Shown here piece by piece: positions 59,798-64,000 of a DNA stretch of 64,000 bases. Both the position numbers and the translations under genes were made by a program. Position 1 is the first letter of the stretch. The number at the start of each line of letters is the position of its first letter. The DNA is taken from positions 251,749 through 315,748 of the forward strand of contig NW_003314405.1 of assembly GCF_000143415.4 (NCBI RefSeq), in the 5' to 3' direction. Source of the DNA: Selaginella moellendorffii (taxonomy: Eukaryota; Plantae; Lycopodiophyta). Below the pieces are notes generated by a model. The model was not told the origin of the DNA and made no database searches. It was given only the letters and a program-made list of their open reading frames with translations.

Positions 59798-62700
59798 TGA
59801 TACAGCGACGGAGCTGATCAAGGCGGAAACACCGCCTTGATCCATATTTCAACCCGCAGTGGCTTCCAGCCTGCGGGCATTGACACTTCTGTGTGGCTTG
59901 ATTACTTCAGCACTCAAGCTCATTTTTGCAACATGGTATCAGAGAAGGCACCTAGATACTTTACTTTTTTTAGGGTTCTTCATTCTTGAAAACGCTTGCG
60001 CTGTCTCGGATCTGTTCCAGTAAAACCATCATTTTACCAACTCGTATCCCTTAAAATGATCAGCCTGCGGACGGTCATGATACTGATCTGGTGAGTGTAG
60101 GCTGTGGTGCAAGCATGCTGGGATTAGGATCGCTGAGCTACTGTGAGATACCTTCTAGGAAGCTCTGTCTACATAGTGAGGATTTCTGGAGCTTGCGGGA
60201 TTTGCTGATCGGAGGTTCGTGCAGAAGCAGATTGCCCAGTGCAGTAGTTTTTCCTACAAGCGGCCATGACACTTGACCACAGATACAGCTTGACGATCCA
60301 GAAGCTTGACTACAGCAACTCCCAGTTGTGGTTTGTCAAGATGAGGAATTTGCTGGATGAGTACAAGCTTGGAGATCATGTTTCTGGAGCTAGTAGATTC
60401 AGCACTCGCTACAGATATTCGGCTCACTCACAGAGGGAAAGTTGACGTCTGTGTACCATGTCAAGGGGAAGTATCAAGGAAAGTCATTACCAAAGTAAGC
60501 TACGTGAATCAGAGCTACAAGAACACTCCAACTTGTAGGTGGTGATGTCTGGGGGCCAACACAAGTTAAATCGCTGAATGGTGCCAGGTACTTTCTGTTG
60601 ATTGTTGACGATTATTCTCACAGGGCATTTTTCTTTTTCTTGCGTCTAAGAAGTGAAGCTCTCGAACGGTTCAAAGGATGGAAAGTCTATGCTGAGAAGG
60701 ATACTGATCAAAAGATACACTCATTTCGCTCAGACGATGGAGGTGAATTTATTTCAAACGATTTTAACGTGTTTCTTGAACAGGAAGGCATCCAAAGACA
60801 AACCTATGCGAAAGAACAGAATGGGGTGGTTTACCGTAGGATGGCAACGGTTGGAGAAGCTGCACAATGCATACACAAAGCTGCAGATCTACCACTCACT
60901 TTCTGGGCCAAGGCAGTCAGTTATGTGGTTGCTATCACCAACTTTCTTCCAACCAAAGCTCTCATAAACACAACTCATCACAAAAGCATGACAGGATGTA
61001 AGCCTTTTTTGAAATATTTCCGTGTTTTTGGATGTATAGCATACGCACATGTTGATCCGAAGCAGTGAGTAAAATGGGATGATCGAATGTTGAAGACAGC
61101 AAGACATTTCGATTGTTTGACATGAACACCTGTGTCGTTTTTAACAAAAAAATCAATAAGCTTTCTACATTAGACTAACCCTAGTTCTTAACAAAAAATC
61201 AATAAGCCTTCTACATTAGACTAACCCTAGTTCGTCGTCAAACTCCACAGAGAAATTGGTTCAGAAACCATTCAACTACTTTGGATTCAGCATCCCACTT
61301 CCATCCGAGGAGTCACAAGGAATAAAGAATCCTCCTGCAGTTCAACCACAGTTGCAAGTCCCTGAAGCTCCAGCACCTGAGCAGCAGGAACTTCCAGTCA
61401 TCAAGAACATTGTGTCAGAGAACTTTGAAGAAAACTGGGAAACTTCTTTCAACCAGCAGATGAGCTCGGTGATGATATCTTTGAGGATGAAAGGTGTGTT
61501 GAAGTCTTTGAACTTGAAGCTTCGGGACTTACAAAACGACAACGGAAACCAGCTCAGAGGTATTTAGAACAATTGGAAACTAATGCGTGCACTGTGTATA
61601 CAGAACCATCAACCTATAATCAGGAAATACTAGGCTCACACGCCCGGAAGTGGAAGCTGGCAATGCAGGATGAGTTCAACAGTTTGCTCACAAACCAGAC
61701 ATGGGATCTTGTACAACTTCCACCAAACAAGCATAAAATTAGTAACAAATGGTTGTACAAAGTCAAGTACACACTGGAAGGGCACATTCAACGTTACAAA
61801 TCATGACTGGTTGCCAGAGAATTCACACAAACACAGGGAGTTGATTTCTTTGGCGTTTTTTCTCCAGTTGCTAACATACTGGCCTTATTTGCTTTTGCAG
61901 CTCTTAACGATTTTGAACTTCACCAAATGGATGTTAAGAACGAGTTCCTCCATGGTACACTTGACGAGGAAATTTATATGAGGTAACCCTGATGTTTTGA
62001 AGTTGTCAGAAAAGAATGTCACGTCTGCCGTCTCAAAAAGTCGATCTATGGACTCAAGCGAAGTCTTCGATGCTGGTATAAAACAATCGACGTTTTCTTT
62101 CGTGGCCCTGGTTTTTGCAGATCTCAAGCCGACTGGAACATATACATTCTCACCACCAACGGCACTGTGGATGCAATCGTTGCGATTTATGTGGATGATC
62201 TAGCTCTGGCTGCACAGAACATGAGGGGAGTAATCTGGATTAAGCAGGCACTGATGGATCGTTTTTGTATGATAATTATTTTCTCGGTTTACAAATTTGT
62301 CGTGACAGGGAGAAACGAATCTTGTTCATGAATCAAGAGAAGTACACTCAAAGGCATGCTTCAGAACTATGCAGAATATTTCAATGGCAGTGCTCCTACT
62401 CCGACAGTTACACGATTAAAACTAGTTACAGACATGGCTCCTTCAACACAAGGAGATAAAGCGGCAATGAGGCTCCCCTATCAACAACTAGTCGGTGGAC
62501 TTCTGTACCTCTTGGTTTCGTCTCGACCAGACATTTCTGCAGCCAGTCTCCATCATTGCGCAGTTATGAAGAATCCGGGGCTCAAGCATTCGTCTGCAGC
62601 TCTTCGGATTTTGAAGTATTTAGCCAGGACAGTTGACTTTGGCCTTCTCTATGGATCAAACGCTGGGGCTAAGTCAGTGGTTGGATACGCAGACGCAGAT

Positions 62701-63320
62701 TGGGCAAGGGATGCAGGTGATAGGCGCTCTAGAACCGGTTATTGCTTCATATTCAACTCTGGCGTGATCAGTTGGACGTCCAAAAAGCAGACAACAGTAA
62801 CTGTATTGACATGTGAAGCAGAGTATCTAACAGTTGCTATATTGACATGTATCTTTCATTTTTAGCATGTTCATGGGAGGCATCTGGATACGAAAACTAC
62901 TGAGTGACTTCGGTATTAGACAAACTGATCCTTTGTTGTTGTTTGATGATAATCAGGCATGTTTGGCGCCGCTAAAGAACCCGGTACTGCACGGACGAAC
63001 TAAGCACATTGAGAATCACCATCATTTCATTCGGGAGAAAGTTGCAGACGGCGAGGTCACGGTCGAATTCCAGCAAACAACAAAGATGATAGCAGATATA
63101 TTCACTAAGGTGTTCGATCGAGGCTTACATGAACAATTCATCATCGACTTAGGCATATGTTCAGCGGGTGGGCTTGGAAAATCAAAACAAGGGGAGCTTC
63201 TGACAATACCTCAGAACAGAAGGAATAATTTAGGTCAGAAAATAGCAAGAGCCTCAACAGCGGGCGTTGAGACTTCTGTGTGGCTTGATTGCTTCAGCAC
63301 TCAAGCTCATTTTTGCAACA
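59798..63320 (+). mobile_element. Degenerate, internally deleted Ty1/Copia
   Basis: PBS TGGTATCAGAG at 59934; integrase (IVDDYSH, RSDDGGEF), RT (QMDVK, IYVDD), RNase H (YADADW, RTKHI); PPT AAGGGGAG; LTR ends 59798-59933 and 63201-63320 share the 3' ~60 bp. Confidence 0.9.
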
Positions 63321-63419
63321 GCGCCAAAGCTCCAATCGCTTTGGAATTCTTCTCATTTCAAGGCTTAAGATTTTCAACCTTTGGAAGCGGAGGCTTGAGA
63401 AAGGATCACCTTACACCAC

Positions 63420-64000
63420 AAGGTCCGGTATCGGGCCTTCAATCTCAGCGTGTCTCGTAATTTAGGTGTCACCACCCGAGTACTTCCCACACCTCGTTTG
63501 GATTCACGGTGTAGCCTTGCCACGAGCTACACTGACACCTTGATTGCTGCCCTCGCTACCAAGGACTTACTCTCAGCGAAGCCTTCACTTGTCAGAGCTG
63601 TTCTCCACAGCTTGCCTGACTCTTTGTCTTTCGCCCCTATGAGCTCACTTAGCCAGGGCCACTCTTCACAGCCTGCCTGGTTCCATCCTTAGTCAGAGCC
63701 GTTTTTCACAGCCTGTCTGACTACTTTGTCTTTTGCTCCTATTCCATCGGAGCTGTTCTTCACAGCTTGCCCGACTTCCACTTTTAGCCAAAGTCACTCT
63801 TCGTGACTTGCTTGATTCCATCTCCTGTTTCCAAGGAGGAGAGCTGTGGCAGTCTGGGAATCACCCCATTGCCACTTATACTCCTCCCAGATCAGACTAC
63901 AATTAACCGGAACTCACTTTTCAGAAGAAGGGTCCTCCTCTTCTTCCAAGGCGGAGGTCCCCCCTATATACTTTCTGGAACTCGCGGGTACCCCCCCTCC
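63420..64000 (-). mobile_element. Third LTR copy of the CACGTCA-array family, running off the window
   Basis: Collinear with ~57300-57930 (GGTATCGGGCCT, CTTCCCACACCTCGT, CCTTGCCACGAGCTACAC). Confidence 0.8.

Overview
Eukaryotic plant nuclear DNA with very short (about 50-70 bp) introns and very tight gene spacing; gene style and PPR/TE types suggest the lycophyte Selaginella (inference). (1) 1-7.4 kb: four co-directional minus-strand genes (PLS-E PPR, PLS-E PPR, IPK1, ELO/GNS1 elongase) separated by only 29, 16 and 140 bp. (2) 7.8-37.9 kb: three head-to-tail copies of a 9-11 kb unit. Each carries an intronless GDSL lipase, a divergently transcribed ~12-exon gene that appears to fuse a catalytically degenerate PP2C-like domain to a degenerate macrodomain via an acidic linker (intact only in copy 2), and a heavily C>T/G>A-decayed 18S rDNA fossil. 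Copy 3 also has a hAT derivative, a TRIM and a MITE with a 4-bp TSD. (3) 38-64 kb: a nest of degenerate LTR retrotransposons: a Tcn1-like Gypsy relic, two opposed copies of a non-chromovirus Gypsy with an extra PMD-like 3' ORF, a family whose LTR carries a CACGTCA array, and a Copia. Two N gaps are present. All domain calls were made by eye from motifs, without database searches.
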